Below, in pieces: positions 8,824 through 18,630 of a DNA stretch of 64,000 nt. Position numbers and translations under genes: made by a program. Source of the DNA: Turneriellaceae bacterium (GTDB lineage Bacteria > Spirochaetota > Leptospiria > Turneriellales > JAOUFE01); NCBI GenBank assembly GCA_050304475.1, contig JBNLDQ010000009.1:337396-401395 (forward strand), in the 5' to 3' direction. Every line of letters starts with the position of its first letter. Positions within the stretch are counted from its first letter, which is position 1. The notes under the pieces are model-generated. The model had not been told where the DNA came from and made no database searches. It was given only the letters and a program-made list of their open reading frames with translations.

Positions 8824-11283
8824 TTAGAAATAGATCTCAAGCCCGAAAGTCGGTAAAATACCCGGACCGCTTTCGGTATCAACCACCGGATTTACATCTT
8901 TTCGATAGGGCTGATTGTATTTCCAGAGCTGTATTGGCATCCGCTGGTCATAAAGATTTTGAATTTCAATGTACCACATGATTCGGCCCCAGCTCTTGCT
9001 TTTTTCGCGGCTGAAACGCAAGTCAAGTTGGTGGTACAATGGAAGATATCTGCTGTAACGCTCTCCATAGACGGCGTCGTAACGTCCGATGCCAAAGGGG
9101 TCGCCGTCATCGCCGGCGATAGGGGTATAGGGCAAAGAAGAAAGCAGGCGAAAACGCGCGCCAATTAAATTTGCATTCAGCTTATAGCCCGCCACAGCCT
9201 TAACAGCATGCCGGCGTACATTTTCATTTTGAATCCAATCCGAACCAAGCGGGTCAAAAGCAACGGGCAGCCCCGAGCGTTGCCGGCCTTCCATGTAGGT
9301 ATACGACAACCAACCGTAGAGGGTCCGGTCGACAGGGCTTTTCTCTTTTTTCAAAGTCAATTCGGCTCCATACACCTCTCTTTGCCCGCTATTATCGCCA
9401 AAAGTTTGTTTTCCATTGACGACCAGCCCGGAGGCCGGCGTAAAAAGATCCCGGTAGGTATTTGAAAAGGCTTCAAGTTTCAGACCATAAAGAGCGCTGA
9501 ATTTTTTTTCAATTCCAACCGTTCGGTGGATCGCCTTTTCCGCCTTCAACCCGGTTGCATCGATCAACTGCGGGGCTTCGGACTGCCAGTAAAAGTTGGT
9601 CTGGATAAACGAGCCATAGGAACCGGCCCCCGCCGAAAGTACCGTATCGCCGGGCAACGCCCAGCTAACCAGACCGCGCGGGTCGACAGTGGTGAGATCG
9701 TCATACGGAAAGTAATCGCCCCGGACTCCTCCCTCAAAGGTAAACGAACCGAAATTAAAATTTTGATCGAGAAAGCCAGAGTAAACCCAACGGCGCGAAT
9801 TCTGGCTGAGGTATTCCACATCGAACATATCTTCGGTATAGGTCAACCCCGACCATACGGCGCCGTTAAACTGCTTTTTCGGTATAATCACACTGCCTTC
9901 GGTTTTATATTGATAGAGCATGGCGTCAACGCCCGCCCGGGTATGGGAAAATTCGGAATGAAAGGCCAGTTCTTCTCGAGCCCCGAATATGTTCTGGGTC
10001 GATTTTCGCCGCTGGTTCCGAATCCACGAGGGGGCGTTTTCATTGTCAATGTTCTGAAATCTCGTGAGAGAATTTAAAGACGAGAAAACTTTCAGCGTGT
10101 GAGAAAAAATATCCGAAGGGCGGTAGGTATACCAAAGAGACTGGATATGGGTTTGCACTTTCAGGCTTGTTTCCAAATCCAGCAAAAAGGGGTCTGTCGT
10201 TCCCTCTTCCAGAGCCTTCTTTCTGGTATCCGCATCGGAGACTACAGAGCGCTCCATCGCATCTCCATACCCCAGAAAAAGCGTCGTGAGAGAACGGTAC
10301 TTATCGAGAAAAATTTTTCCCTTGAGCTGGTAATCGTAATACTCGGGCAAGCCCGCCTGATCGCCGGTGGCTGACTCAAGCAGCGGGCCCAGAATGGCAG
10401 TGAGGTAGCCGTACCTGGCGGCACCAATCCAATACCCCCGGCTATTGCCGCCCCCCTCAATATCGTTTGACCGGGAAGCGAGGGGAGCGCCGGTAGAGAT
10501 GTTCGATGATATCATACCAACGCCAATGTGGGTTCCGCTCTTCTTTATATCATCAACAGTGTTAATGTTAATAACCCCACCCAGAGGAAAATTACCATAC
10601 ATTGCAGGAGCCATAGAGGAATAGAGATCAATTTTGTCGATCAGGTCGTTATGGACCACCGAATGAAGACCAAGAAAATGCTGGATACTGTGAACAGGGA
10701 TCCCGTCAATATAATAACGGTTCGTAAAAGGGTCGGCACCCCGGATAATCAGGGGACCAAGCCCACCAAACATCGGAAACTGATCGACGCCGGAAAAAGA
10801 GGCAAGCGCATTGATGGAGTCGCCCAGGGTCGCCGGCACTTCTCGTATCTCCTCCTGGGTCATGGTTTGCCGCGACAAGCTCTGGAGATCGCGGCTGCCG
10901 GTAACATGAAGGGTTTGACCCATAAGTTTGCCTAGCTTCAAGGTAACATGAACCTGAGTTTGATATGATCCTTCTTTTACTTCAACTTCCCGGGTCGCGC
11001 TTTGAAAACCCGAACTTTGAACGTACACCCGATACATACCGGGACCGGGAACAACCAGACGAAACCGCCCCTCTTCATCGGTTGTCGTTTTTGTCTTAAG
11101 TTCCGAAATGGCGACAGAAGCAAAAAGGGGCGTGTCTGTTTCGTTTGTTACAACACCTTCAATCGAATACGCGCCGGCCCGGGCGGACAAGCTCGGGCAA
11201 ACCAGCGACAGGGTAAAACCTGCGACGGCAACCCGGGCAATCTTTTTTATTTTATGTAATATATATATGCGGTCCGGTTTCAT
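8824..11283 (-). CDS. TonB-dependent outer-membrane receptor with CarboxypepD_reg-like N-domain
   Basis: 819 aa with a signal peptide. N-domain IEGVVTNETDTPLF...GRFRLVVPGPGMYRVYVQSSGF, plug region GDSINALASFSGVD...LIIRGADPFTNRYYIDGIPV, then a long barrel ending in the terminal aromatic ...GLEIYF. Confidence 0.85.
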   Translation of the reverse strand: MKPDRIYILHKIKKIARVAVAGFTLSLVCPSLSARAGAYSIEGVVTNETDTPLFASVAISELKTKTTTDEEGRFRLVVPGPGMYRVYVQSSGFQSATREVEVKEGSYQTQVHVTLKLGKLMGQTLHVTGSRDLQSLSRQTMTQEEIREVPATLGDSINALASFSGVDQFPMFGGLGPLIIRGADPFTNRYYIDGIPVHSIQHFLGLHSVVHNDLIDKIDLYSSMAPAMYGNFPLGGVININTVDDIKKSGTHIGVGMISSNISTGAPLASRSNDIEGGGNSRGYWIGAARYGYLTAILGPLLESATGDQAGLPEYYDYQLKGKIFLDKYRSLTTLFLGYGDAMERSVVSDADTRKKALEEGTTDPFLLDLETSLKVQTHIQSLWYTYRPSDIFSHTLKVFSSLNSLTRFQNIDNENAPSWIRNQRRKSTQNIFGAREELAFHSEFSHTRAGVDAMLYQYKTEGSVIIPKKQFNGAVWSGLTYTEDMFDVEYLSQNSRRWVYSGFLDQNFNFGSFTFEGGVRGDYFPYDDLTTVDPRGLVSWALPGDTVLSAGAGSYGSFIQTNFYWQSEAPQLIDATGLKAEKAIHRTVGIEKKFSALYGLKLEAFSNTYRDLFTPASGLVVNGKQTFGDNSGQREVYGAELTLKKEKSPVDRTLYGWLSYTYMEGRQRSGLPVAFDPLGSDWIQNENVRRHAVKAVAGYKLNANLIGARFRLLSSLPYTPIAGDDGDPFGIGRYDAVYGERYSRYLPLYHQLDLRFSREKSKSWGRIMWYIEIQNLYDQRMPIQLWKYNQPYRKDVNPVVDTESGPGILPTFGLEIYF

Positions 11284-11402
11284 GAGCTCTCCTAAGCGAA
11301 GCGTCGCTTGTCTGGCCCAGCATACGATATTTTTAAAACCGGGTCGACCATTCCTCCGAGAATCGGACTTGTTTTTTTACGGGAAAGCGCCGGGGCCGGG
11401 GG

Positions 11403-12569
11403 TTAGGCAGTGAGCGGAGTTGTAGAGCGGCGGAATTCAGTAGGTGTAGAGCCGGTTAATTCCTTAAAAACGGAGTTGAATGTCGACTTGGAATTAAAAC
11501 CGCTCATAAAGGCAATCTGCAGTATCGGGTAATCCGTTAGCTCCGGGTTGACCAGTGCGGCTTTCACTTCATCGACACGGTAACGATTGATAAACGTGTA
11601 GAGGTTGGTCTCAAACTGATCGTTGATCACCTGAGAGATTTGATAGATCGGGTATCCGATGGCGACGGAGATGTCAAGGATACTGAGTTCCGGTTCAAGC
11701 CATGGTTTGTCTTCCATGTATTTTAAAAGACTAATTTTAATTTCATCGATCTTTTCTTTTTTTAAAGCGGTTTTGGCATATTTTCCCCCGCTCTCTTTTT
11801 CTTCGATCCGGGTTTCGGGGGGATGAAGCTGAGCCCATTGTTCGGCAAAAACAACAGGGTGGTTGAGAGCATAATAAGCAATGATAAAAATAAGAACGGA
11901 AACGAGAAGGTAGGTAATGTGACCAATGCCGGAACGGAGGATCTCAATAGGTACAAACTGAAAGATCATGACAGAAAACCATATGAGAATATTCATAAAA
12001 GTAAACGTGCTCAGCCAGCGAGCCGTATATCTTACGTCATCGGAGTAATACTCTTTGACATGATCCCGGTGTTGCCTGATGAGACGATAAGCGAGGATAG
12101 TATATACCATGCCATGGGCGGCAATCAAGTGATCGATGAGAACAAATTCCGAGGGGCGGTTTTCAAAAGTTCGGATAATCAGATCCCGAAGTTCGCCGGC
12201 AGGCAAGAAAAGGTAGGGCATCATAATAATTTTCAATAAAAAAAACATGAAGAAGTGAAGATAATCCGTTTTCTTAAACCGAATCTGCGTAGTCAGGGAT
12301 TTTACATATAAGTAAAGGAAGGGCCCATGAACCAGAGGAAGCCCGGAAAAGATCAGCAAAAATTTAACATACTTTAGAAACAATTCGTGGTTTGCGCCCA
12401 CCCCCTGAAATACGAGGTCGGCGGCAAGTAAAAGAAGCCAGAACATTTGAATTCTGTTCGAGAACAGATGCCCTTTTTTCTGAAAAAAAACCAGAGCCAA
12501 GAGAAGCGCCTGAAATCCGGCAATATAATAGATTGTACTGATCAACATGTCGCTATGACGAGGATCCAA
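11403..12569 (-). CDS. Membrane-anchored AraC/XylS-family transcriptional regulator
   Basis: About 6 predicted TM helices followed by a C-terminal AraC HTH (ILQIAFMSGFNSKSTFNSVFKELTGSTPTEFRR). Confidence 0.8.
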   Translation of the reverse strand: MDPRHSDMLISTIYYIAGFQALLLALVFFQKKGHLFSNRIQMFWLLLLAADLVFQGVGANHELFLKYVKFLLIFSGLPLVHGPFLYLYVKSLTTQIRFKKTDYLHFFMFFLLKIIMMPYLFLPAGELRDLIIRTFENRPSEFVLIDHLIAAHGMVYTILAYRLIRQHRDHVKEYYSDDVRYTARWLSTFTFMNILIWFSVMIFQFVPIEILRSGIGHITYLLVSVLIFIIAYYALNHPVVFAEQWAQLHPPETRIEEKESGGKYAKTALKKEKIDEIKISLLKYMEDKPWLEPELSILDISVAIGYPIYQISQVINDQFETNLYTFINRYRVDEVKAALVNPELTDYPILQIAFMSGFNSKSTFNSVFKELTGSTPTEFRRSTTPLTA

Positions 12570-12604
12570 AAATTTCGTACATCGTCAACTTCCTTTAATG
12601 AAAA

Positions 12605-12672
12605 GGAAAAAACGCCGGGGGTGGCGAAGAACGCCGAAGGCGGTCGAAGCCAGGGGGCAGACTTGCCCCCTA
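12605..12672 (+). repeat. Intergenic repeat family 2, full copy (GGGGCA-N4-TGCCCC hairpin plus ~45-nt 5' arm)
   Basis: ggaaaaaacgccgggggtggcgaagaacgccgaaggcggtcgaagccaGGGGGCAgactTGCCCCCt. Homologous by eye to the reverse complement of 53533-53612. Confidence 0.8.
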
Positions 12673-12833
12673 CACAATCAGAGCCGGATAAATGTACTAT
12701 GCGCGTGATATGAAAACCGGATTGAGCAAGAGAATAAAATCGCGAACGATGAAGAATAATTTAAAGGTGAATTATCCAATATTTTTTTGCTTTCGCCGGA
12801 AAAATTAAAAATAACCGCTATTATTTATACATA

Positions 12834-12898
12834 GCGAAAAAATCGTGAGATCCCGGCCCCACCCTACAGGGTGGGGGTGGTTAGTGGATAAAAAACGG
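12834..12898 (-). repeat. Intergenic repeat family 1 (CCCCACCC-loop-GGGTGGGG hairpin element), inverted orientation
   Basis: 8-bp stem 12857-12864/12869-12876 with loop taca. The flanks match the family consensus (gcgaaaaaatcg... on the + strand equals ...cgattttttcgc in element orientation). Confidence 0.8.
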
Positions 12899-12968
12899 TT
12901 TCAAAAAACAAAATCAAACGTCCCGAATGTATGGTTGACAAAACTACTCGTTCTGCTATGGTTGATCA

Positions 12969-14261
12969 ATGCCAAGAATGGAAAATCTTTTACAAAAGTT
13001 TTTATCCGTGAGGGCCGTTTCGGAAAAAATATGCAAACCTCTGGAAATTGACGATTACAACATGCAAGCCATGGTTTACGGGAGCCCCCCCAAGTGGAAT
13101 TTAGGCCATTGCACCTGGGCATTTGAGGCTTTTGTTCTGCAAGCCACTGTCCCGGCATACCGACTCTACAATGACCAATATCCGTTTTTGTTTAATTCAT
13201 ATTACGAGACGGTAGGCAAGCGCGTACAACGCGACCGCCGCTATCTCATGTCACGGCCCACTGTTAGCGAAGTGTACCGCTACCGGGCCGCCGTAGACGA
13301 GACAATCGAATCTCTAATGACAAACCGACAGGCAAAAATTTCAAACATCGAAGATTTTTTAATGCGCCTGGAAATAGCCATAAATCACGAGCAACAACAC
13401 CAGGAGCTCTTTTTTACCGACCTGAAACATATCTTTTTTGAAAGCCCCCTGCAACCGGCCTACCAAAGCGAAACTCCCCCCCAAGGCGAAAACGAATCTA
13501 AAACCCCGGCGCTGAATTATGCCGAATATGGCGGAACCATCGCAGAGATTGGTTGCAAACATGACCAGGATAACGTGTTTTCTTATGACAACGAACGAGG
13601 GCGCCATCAGGTATATTTAAATCCGTTTGGCATTTCAAACCGCCCGGTCACGAACGGAGAATACATCGAGTTTCTTGAGTCCGGGGGTTACGCGGATTTT
13701 CAGTGGTGGCTTTCGGACGCCTGGGCTGTGGTTCAAAAAGAAAACTGGACTCAACCTCTTTACTGGGAGCACCGCGACGGCGAGTGGCATGAATTTACGC
13801 TTTACGGTTGGAAAAAAATTGACCACCAAGCGCCGGTTTGTCACGTCAGTTATTTTGAAGCGAATGCCTTCGCCTCTTATTCTGGCGCCCGGCTTCCTTC
13901 GGAATTTGAATGGGAATATGTTGCGTCTAACTGTCTCGATGAAATTTCCCAGGGTCATTTTATGAACAATCAATATTATCATCCTGTCGCAAACGCTTTA
14001 TCCGCCGAAGCCAAAGAGCCCTCTTGTTTTTTCGGCAACACCTGGGAATGGACCAATAGTTCGTATTTGCCATACCCCCATTTTCAAACCCCGCCGGGAG
14101 CGCTGGCCGAATATAACGGAAAGTTTATGAATTCGCAACGCGTTTTGCGGGGCGGCTCCTGCGTAACGCCTCGCGATCATATTCGCTTGACTTACCGTAA
14201 TTTTTTTGAACCATACCAAAGATGGCAATTTGCCGGTTTCCGGCTTGCCAAAGATATATAA
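12969..14261 (+). CDS. egtB: Ergothioneine biosynthesis sulfoxide synthase EgtB
   Basis: DinB_2-like N-domain (GHCTWAFEAF, HEQQHQELFFTDLKH) plus an FGE-sulfatase-like C-domain (GNTWEWTNSSYLPYPHF, RVLRGGSCVTP). Adjacent to egtD. Confidence 0.85.
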   Translation: MPRMENLLQKFLSVRAVSEKICKPLEIDDYNMQAMVYGSPPKWNLGHCTWAFEAFVLQATVPAYRLYNDQYPFLFNSYYETVGKRVQRDRRYLMSRPTVSEVYRYRAAVDETIESLMTNRQAKISNIEDFLMRLEIAINHEQQHQELFFTDLKHIFFESPLQPAYQSETPPQGENESKTPALNYAEYGGTIAEIGCKHDQDNVFSYDNERGRHQVYLNPFGISNRPVTNGEYIEFLESGGYADFQWWLSDAWAVVQKENWTQPLYWEHRDGEWHEFTLYGWKKIDHQAPVCHVSYFEANAFASYSGARLPSEFEWEYVASNCLDEISQGHFMNNQYYHPVANALSAEAKEPSCFFGNTWEWTNSSYLPYPHFQTPPGALAEYNGKFMNSQRVLRGGSCVTPRDHIRLTYRNFFEPYQRWQFAGFRLAKDI

Positions 14262-14323
14262 ACCAATGCCTTGCAAAGCGAACCGGGGAATCAAACCATT
14301 GAAAGAAAACCAAAGGATATGTA

Positions 14324-15379
14324 ATGGAAGAACAAACAATCGAACGGGCCGGCAATACGTTACAAAAAAGTAACCCCGTAAAACAAAACAAACAAGACGA
14401 AGCGAATGATTTTTACCGGAAGTTTGCCAACGATGTGCGGGAAGGTCTTGGCAGCCAACCGAAATCTTTGCCATCTCTTTATTTTTATGACAAAAAAGGC
14501 TCAGAACTTTTTCAAGAGATAACCGCTTTGCCAGAATATTATCTTTCGCGAGCGGAACATGAAATTCTTGAGAATGAAAGCGTTAAAATTGTTGAGCAAG
14601 CGCTGCAAACTCTAAACCCGGATCAGCCGGTGCGTTTCATTGAATTGGGCGCCGGAGACACGTCTAAACTGTTCCCGCTCATTGAAGCGTTTTTGGACGA
14701 AAATATTGACATCCGCTATACAGCCATTGATATCTCGCCCACCGCCCTGGAGGCTCTCGCCGAACGGGTTGCGGATCAATTTCATATTCCTTTTCAAGGG
14801 GTTGTGGCAGAATACAACGAGGGTTTGCAAAGCCTGGCTAACGGGAAAGAAAGCGACTGTGAAGTTCAAAATTTTGTTTTTTTTCTTGGGTCAAATATTG
14901 GAAATTTTGCCAAATCGGAAAACCTGAAATTTTTAAGAACGATACGCAGGCATTTAAACCCCGGCGATTGTTTGTTGATCGGCATGGACAAAAAAAAGGA
15001 TATTGATCTTCTCATGGATGCTTATAAAGATGCTTCAAATATCACTTCGGAGTTTAACCTCAACCTTCTTACCCGCATGAATCGGGAACTCAACGCCGAT
15101 TTTAACCTTGAAAATTTTTCGCATCATGCATTGTATAATCCGGTCTCCGGCGACATGGAAAGCTATTTGATCAGCGAATGCGCGCAGGATGTCCATTTCG
15201 GAACGCTCAATGAGACGATCTCTTTTAAAGCCTACGAACCGATCTTTACGGAACGTTCTCATAAGTACGACGAGCATGACATCGACGAACTCGCCGGCCA
15301 GAGCGGTTTTGTTCCCCTGGCTAATTTTACCGATAAAAGTGAATATTTTATCGACACCTTGTGGACAATTCACAGTTAA
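14324..15379 (+). CDS. egtD: L-histidine N-alpha-methyltransferase EgtD
   Basis: YFYDKKGSELFQEITALPEYYLSRAEHEIL and IELGAGDTSK motifs are characteristic of EgtD. Confidence 0.85.
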   Translation: MEEQTIERAGNTLQKSNPVKQNKQDEANDFYRKFANDVREGLGSQPKSLPSLYFYDKKGSELFQEITALPEYYLSRAEHEILENESVKIVEQALQTLNPDQPVRFIELGAGDTSKLFPLIEAFLDENIDIRYTAIDISPTALEALAERVADQFHIPFQGVVAEYNEGLQSLANGKESDCEVQNFVFFLGSNIGNFAKSENLKFLRTIRRHLNPGDCLLIGMDKKKDIDLLMDAYKDASNITSEFNLNLLTRMNRELNADFNLENFSHHALYNPVSGDMESYLISECAQDVHFGTLNETISFKAYEPIFTERSHKYDEHDIDELAGQSGFVPLANFTDKSEYFIDTLWTIHS

Positions 15380-16683
15380 TGAAACGAATAACAGATATGC
15401 CTTTTATTATGAATACGAATAAACGCTTTCTTGTCACAGGTCTTTTTCAAACGCTTTTCTTTACAAGCGCGCTTTTGTTCTCGGGCGCTCTTCTTTTTAT
15501 TTTTCCCCAAAGTCCTGCGGAAAATAATTCGGATCAAGCGGAAGAAGAGCTTGCCCGCGTAGCAATTCTTGCCTTTCGGGACGATACCGGCACAAAAAAC
15601 TTTCCGTATATGCCGAATAGCTTAAGCAACGCGATCGATAAATCAATGCAAAAAAACTTTCGTTACGAGCGGATCGCCCCCGAACGGGCAAACGCCGCCT
15701 GGCAAGAGATACAAAAACGCATTGCGGATGAAACGCAAAATTCACAAGAGAGTAAAAAGAAAAAATCCGAAAAAAAAGAAGAAAAAAGAAAATCAAAAGA
15801 AAGCAATGGTTCCGGGTTGGGGATCGCCGACGGCGAAGGAAAAAAGGAACGCCAGGAAGTAAAACAAATCAAAGAGCTGGCTGAAACCATAGACGCCGAT
15901 GTCGTTATCTATGGCAACTTTGTCATTGACCCTGAAACCAGCGACATTGTGTTCAATGTTTCTCTCTATCTTACCAGCGTTGAAGGCTCGAAATTGATAC
16001 CCGAAACGCGAAATGCCGTTGACAGCACGATCTTTAACGCGACGGAAAAAGTAGGCTCTACCATTGTAGCCGAGATATCGCAAATGGTCGCCGACTATGA
16101 AAAAAGCAGTGAGAAAAAAACAGGCGAAGAAACGGAACCTGCCGGTCCCGGCGAGAAGACCGTTTTAACGCGCGAAGCGGCAATCGATAAAAAATCGTGG
16201 AATATAAAAAAATACGACATTGGTCTTCAAGCAAGCGTTTCGGGTTCACCGCAAATTGACAGCACAGAACCGGTTCTTGGCGCCATGTACTATTTCCGGT
16301 ATTATTTGAAATCCGGGGTACACTTCGGAGCCCGGTTTGGAATTCAAAGCTTCAAACAAAACAACAATACCGCTTTTGTCGAATTTGCCTCGCTCCCCCT
16401 GGCTCTGCTGGCAGGTTACGCCTACAGGCCAACCAACCGACTGCAGCTCTTTGCCCAGGTCAATGCGGGTTATTACTTTGGCGAATTGACAACGCGCTAT
16501 TATGATTATCCCGAAACGGTACTCAAAGTACGGAACCCTTATTTTGGCGGAAGGTTTGGCGCGGAATACTTGGCTCTCTCTTTTTTATATGTTGGCGGCG
16601 GTTTTGAAACCGGGATTTTTTACGACGACCCGACTTCGATGGAAACCTATGGCTTTGAAATTCATACCGGGGTGGTTTTTTAA
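15379..16683 (+). CDS. Hypothetical envelope protein (N-terminal TM/signal, Lys/Glu-rich low-complexity insert, C-terminal beta-barrel-like region)
   Basis: ATG 15379 overlaps the egtD stop (TAATG). The VAILAFRDDTG... module resembles LpoB/CsgG-like periplasmic folds. The C-terminal ~150 aa has alternating hydrophobic strands ending ...EIHTGVVF. Confidence 0.6.
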   Translation: MKRITDMPFIMNTNKRFLVTGLFQTLFFTSALLFSGALLFIFPQSPAENNSDQAEEELARVAILAFRDDTGTKNFPYMPNSLSNAIDKSMQKNFRYERIAPERANAAWQEIQKRIADETQNSQESKKKKSEKKEEKRKSKESNGSGLGIADGEGKKERQEVKQIKELAETIDADVVIYGNFVIDPETSDIVFNVSLYLTSVEGSKLIPETRNAVDSTIFNATEKVGSTIVAEISQMVADYEKSSEKKTGEETEPAGPGEKTVLTREAAIDKKSWNIKKYDIGLQASVSGSPQIDSTEPVLGAMYYFRYYLKSGVHFGARFGIQSFKQNNNTAFVEFASLPLALLAGYAYRPTNRLQLFAQVNAGYYFGELTTRYYDYPETVLKVRNPYFGGRFGAEYLALSFLYVGGGFETGIFYDDPTSMETYGFEIHTGVVF

Positions 16684-17360
16684 TGAACCGCTGCGCGGTC
16701 TGGCCGACCATTCGCATTGCCGTTCTCATTGCCACCGGAACTTTTTGGGCGTTAATTTTTCCGGTTTGTATTTCAAATGGAATCGCCGATGAATTTCAAA
16801 ATCCGCAAAAACCCTACCTTCTTGCCTTTGTTTCTTCTGCGCCAACCGTTGGCGACATGAGCGGTTTCAGTACTCTGGCGTGCCCGGGAACCGGCGTTAG
16901 CAATGCCGATTGCGGTTGCCAAAGTCTGGCCCAATCAGCCGGCTTGACATCGAAATCTTCTTCGTTTCGGGCTTTTCTTTCAACATCGTCAACCGACGCA
17001 ATTTGCCATATTTTAGGCAAATCGGGAACGGTAAACAACTGTACCGAAGACGCAAAAAATTCTCCCCGGTACAAGTTGGCCAATGGAAGCTATATCGCCG
17101 ACACGGCGTATGATTTAATTACCGGCGGCCCCTCTCCGTATTTAAATGCCGATGAGTATGGCACTCCTATTGCTACGCAGGTCTGGACGGGAACCGGAAA
17201 CCAAGGCAGCGGCAGCGGGCTCGCAAACTGCAACAACTGGTCAAGCAACGTAAACACCTCCAGCGGCGTTTTCGGAGATAACCAAATGAACATCTGGTTA
17301 AACTCCGGGAGCAACACCTGCGACATCAGTTACCCTGTGTATTGTTTTGAAGCTCCTTAA
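16683..17360 (+). CDS. Secreted Cys-rich protein, DUF1554-like
   Basis: Start overlaps the upstream stop (TAATG). Signal-like N-terminus. Pattern ...ADCGCQSLAQSAGL...FRAFLSTSS...VWTGTGNQG...CNNWSS...VFGD...CDISYPVYCFE matches my recollection of the DUF1554 family. Confidence 0.5.
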   Translation: MNRCAVWPTIRIAVLIATGTFWALIFPVCISNGIADEFQNPQKPYLLAFVSSAPTVGDMSGFSTLACPGTGVSNADCGCQSLAQSAGLTSKSSSFRAFLSTSSTDAICHILGKSGTVNNCTEDAKNSPRYKLANGSYIADTAYDLITGGPSPYLNADEYGTPIATQVWTGTGNQGSGSGLANCNNWSSNVNTSSGVFGDNQMNIWLNSGSNTCDISYPVYCFEAP

Positions 17361-17482
17361 TCGAAACCATTCTAAATTCATTTCGATTTTTATCTTGACA
17401 GGCCCGATAAACTTTTTCAAAATTTATTACAATTTACTTTAATAACAACCTTTGCTTTTGAAAATGCGGAAGGACCAATCAA

Positions 17483-18574
17483 ATGGAAGTCATTCATTAC
17501 AACAGGCTCAGCATACGGGCGCGAGCGCTCCGCGCCTATTTTAAGCATAAGAACAAAACAAAAAAATTTTTACCGGATATCAGCCTGGAACGCAAGCGAA
17601 TTCAATCGATGTTGTCTACGTCTCGCTTTACCGACACCCGAAAAATTCATACCCGCTATTTTGACGAAAAAAACCTGAAAGCCGTTTTATTTACACCCCT
17701 CGCTCAAGCCAAAACAAAACAAAAACGCCCCAAAAAAGATAACACGGTTGTTCTCTATTTTCATGGCGGCGGTTTTTGCTGGGGCACCGTATATACTCAT
17801 AGCGGGGTCGCCGCACATATCGCCCGCGCTTCGGCCTGCCCGGTACTTTCCGTAGGATACCGGCTTGCGCCAGAACACCCTTACCCGGCAGCCATTGACG
17901 ACGGACATGCCGCATACAAGCACTTACGAAAAGAAGGGTATCGCGCAAGCGATATTATTTTAGCCGGGGATTCCGCGGGAGCGGGCCTGGCCGTAGCTTT
18001 GTATTACCGCCTCCGGGATGATGAACGAAAAAACAAAGGCAAAACGAAGGGCCAAAAGGCGGAAATCCCCCAAAAGTGCATTTGCCTCTACCCCTGGTTG
18101 AACATTCTCGACAATGATGATGATCGTTATGTCCGGGGCAAAGAAGATCCTGTTTTAAATATTCAGGAAATCGATATTCTTGCCGGGTACTATCTGGAGG
18201 GCGCCTGGAAAAAAAACAAAGCGCAGCGACCGAAAACAAATAACATACAAAAAACCGAACAACTTACGGAGGTGGCGCCCGGCGTGCATTTGCCGCCTTT
18301 GCGCGCCGTGAAAAAACCGGATAAAAAGTTATCTTTCGCTTCGCCCTTGTATGGCGACGCTTCCGGTCTCGGTTCCTTTTTGATTCAAACCGGCACTTCC
18401 GATATCCTGCATTCGGATGCGGTGCGGTTTGCCGCTCTTGCCGACCGGGCCGGAGCCCGCGTGCGATTGGAAACCTATCATAAGATGATGCATGGCTGGC
18501 ATTATATCGGAAAGCCGCTACCGGAAGCAAAGCGAGCTTTGATCAATATCGCCCGTTTTATCCATGAAAGTTAA
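17483..18574 (+). CDS. Alpha/beta hydrolase, hormone-sensitive-lipase-type esterase
   Basis: HGGGF oxyanion motif (VVLYFHGGGFCWG) and nucleophile elbow GDSAGAGLA. Contains Lys-rich insertions. Confidence 0.8.
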   Translation: MEVIHYNRLSIRARALRAYFKHKNKTKKFLPDISLERKRIQSMLSTSRFTDTRKIHTRYFDEKNLKAVLFTPLAQAKTKQKRPKKDNTVVLYFHGGGFCWGTVYTHSGVAAHIARASACPVLSVGYRLAPEHPYPAAIDDGHAAYKHLRKEGYRASDIILAGDSAGAGLAVALYYRLRDDERKNKGKTKGQKAEIPQKCICLYPWLNILDNDDDRYVRGKEDPVLNIQEIDILAGYYLEGAWKKNKAQRPKTNNIQKTEQLTEVAPGVHLPPLRAVKKPDKKLSFASPLYGDASGLGSFLIQTGTSDILHSDAVRFAALADRAGARVRLETYHKMMHGWHYIGKPLPEAKRALINIARFIHES

Positions 18575-18630
18575 TTGGATAAGATCCTCAAAAAGATTGA
18601 CGGGAACACTCGCTTTACTTTTATATCCAC

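Noticed and set aside
11284-11402. Possible cobalamin or other riboswitch in front of the TonB-dependent receptor
   Set aside because: The leader is only ~119 nt, with no B12-box-like sequence and no obvious multi-helix structure.
15700-15860. A-rich low-complexity DNA as a possible tandem repeat or phase-variable tract
   Set aside because: It encodes a continuous Lys/Glu-rich linker (KKKKSEKKEEKRKSKE) in frame. There is no exact unit repetition and no long homopolymer.
18575-18630. Missing rplU upstream of rpmA-obg
   Set aside because: It is a real observation, since L21 usually precedes L27. It is most simply explained by a lineage-specific operon split, and nothing in the 56-nt spacer suggests a degraded gene.
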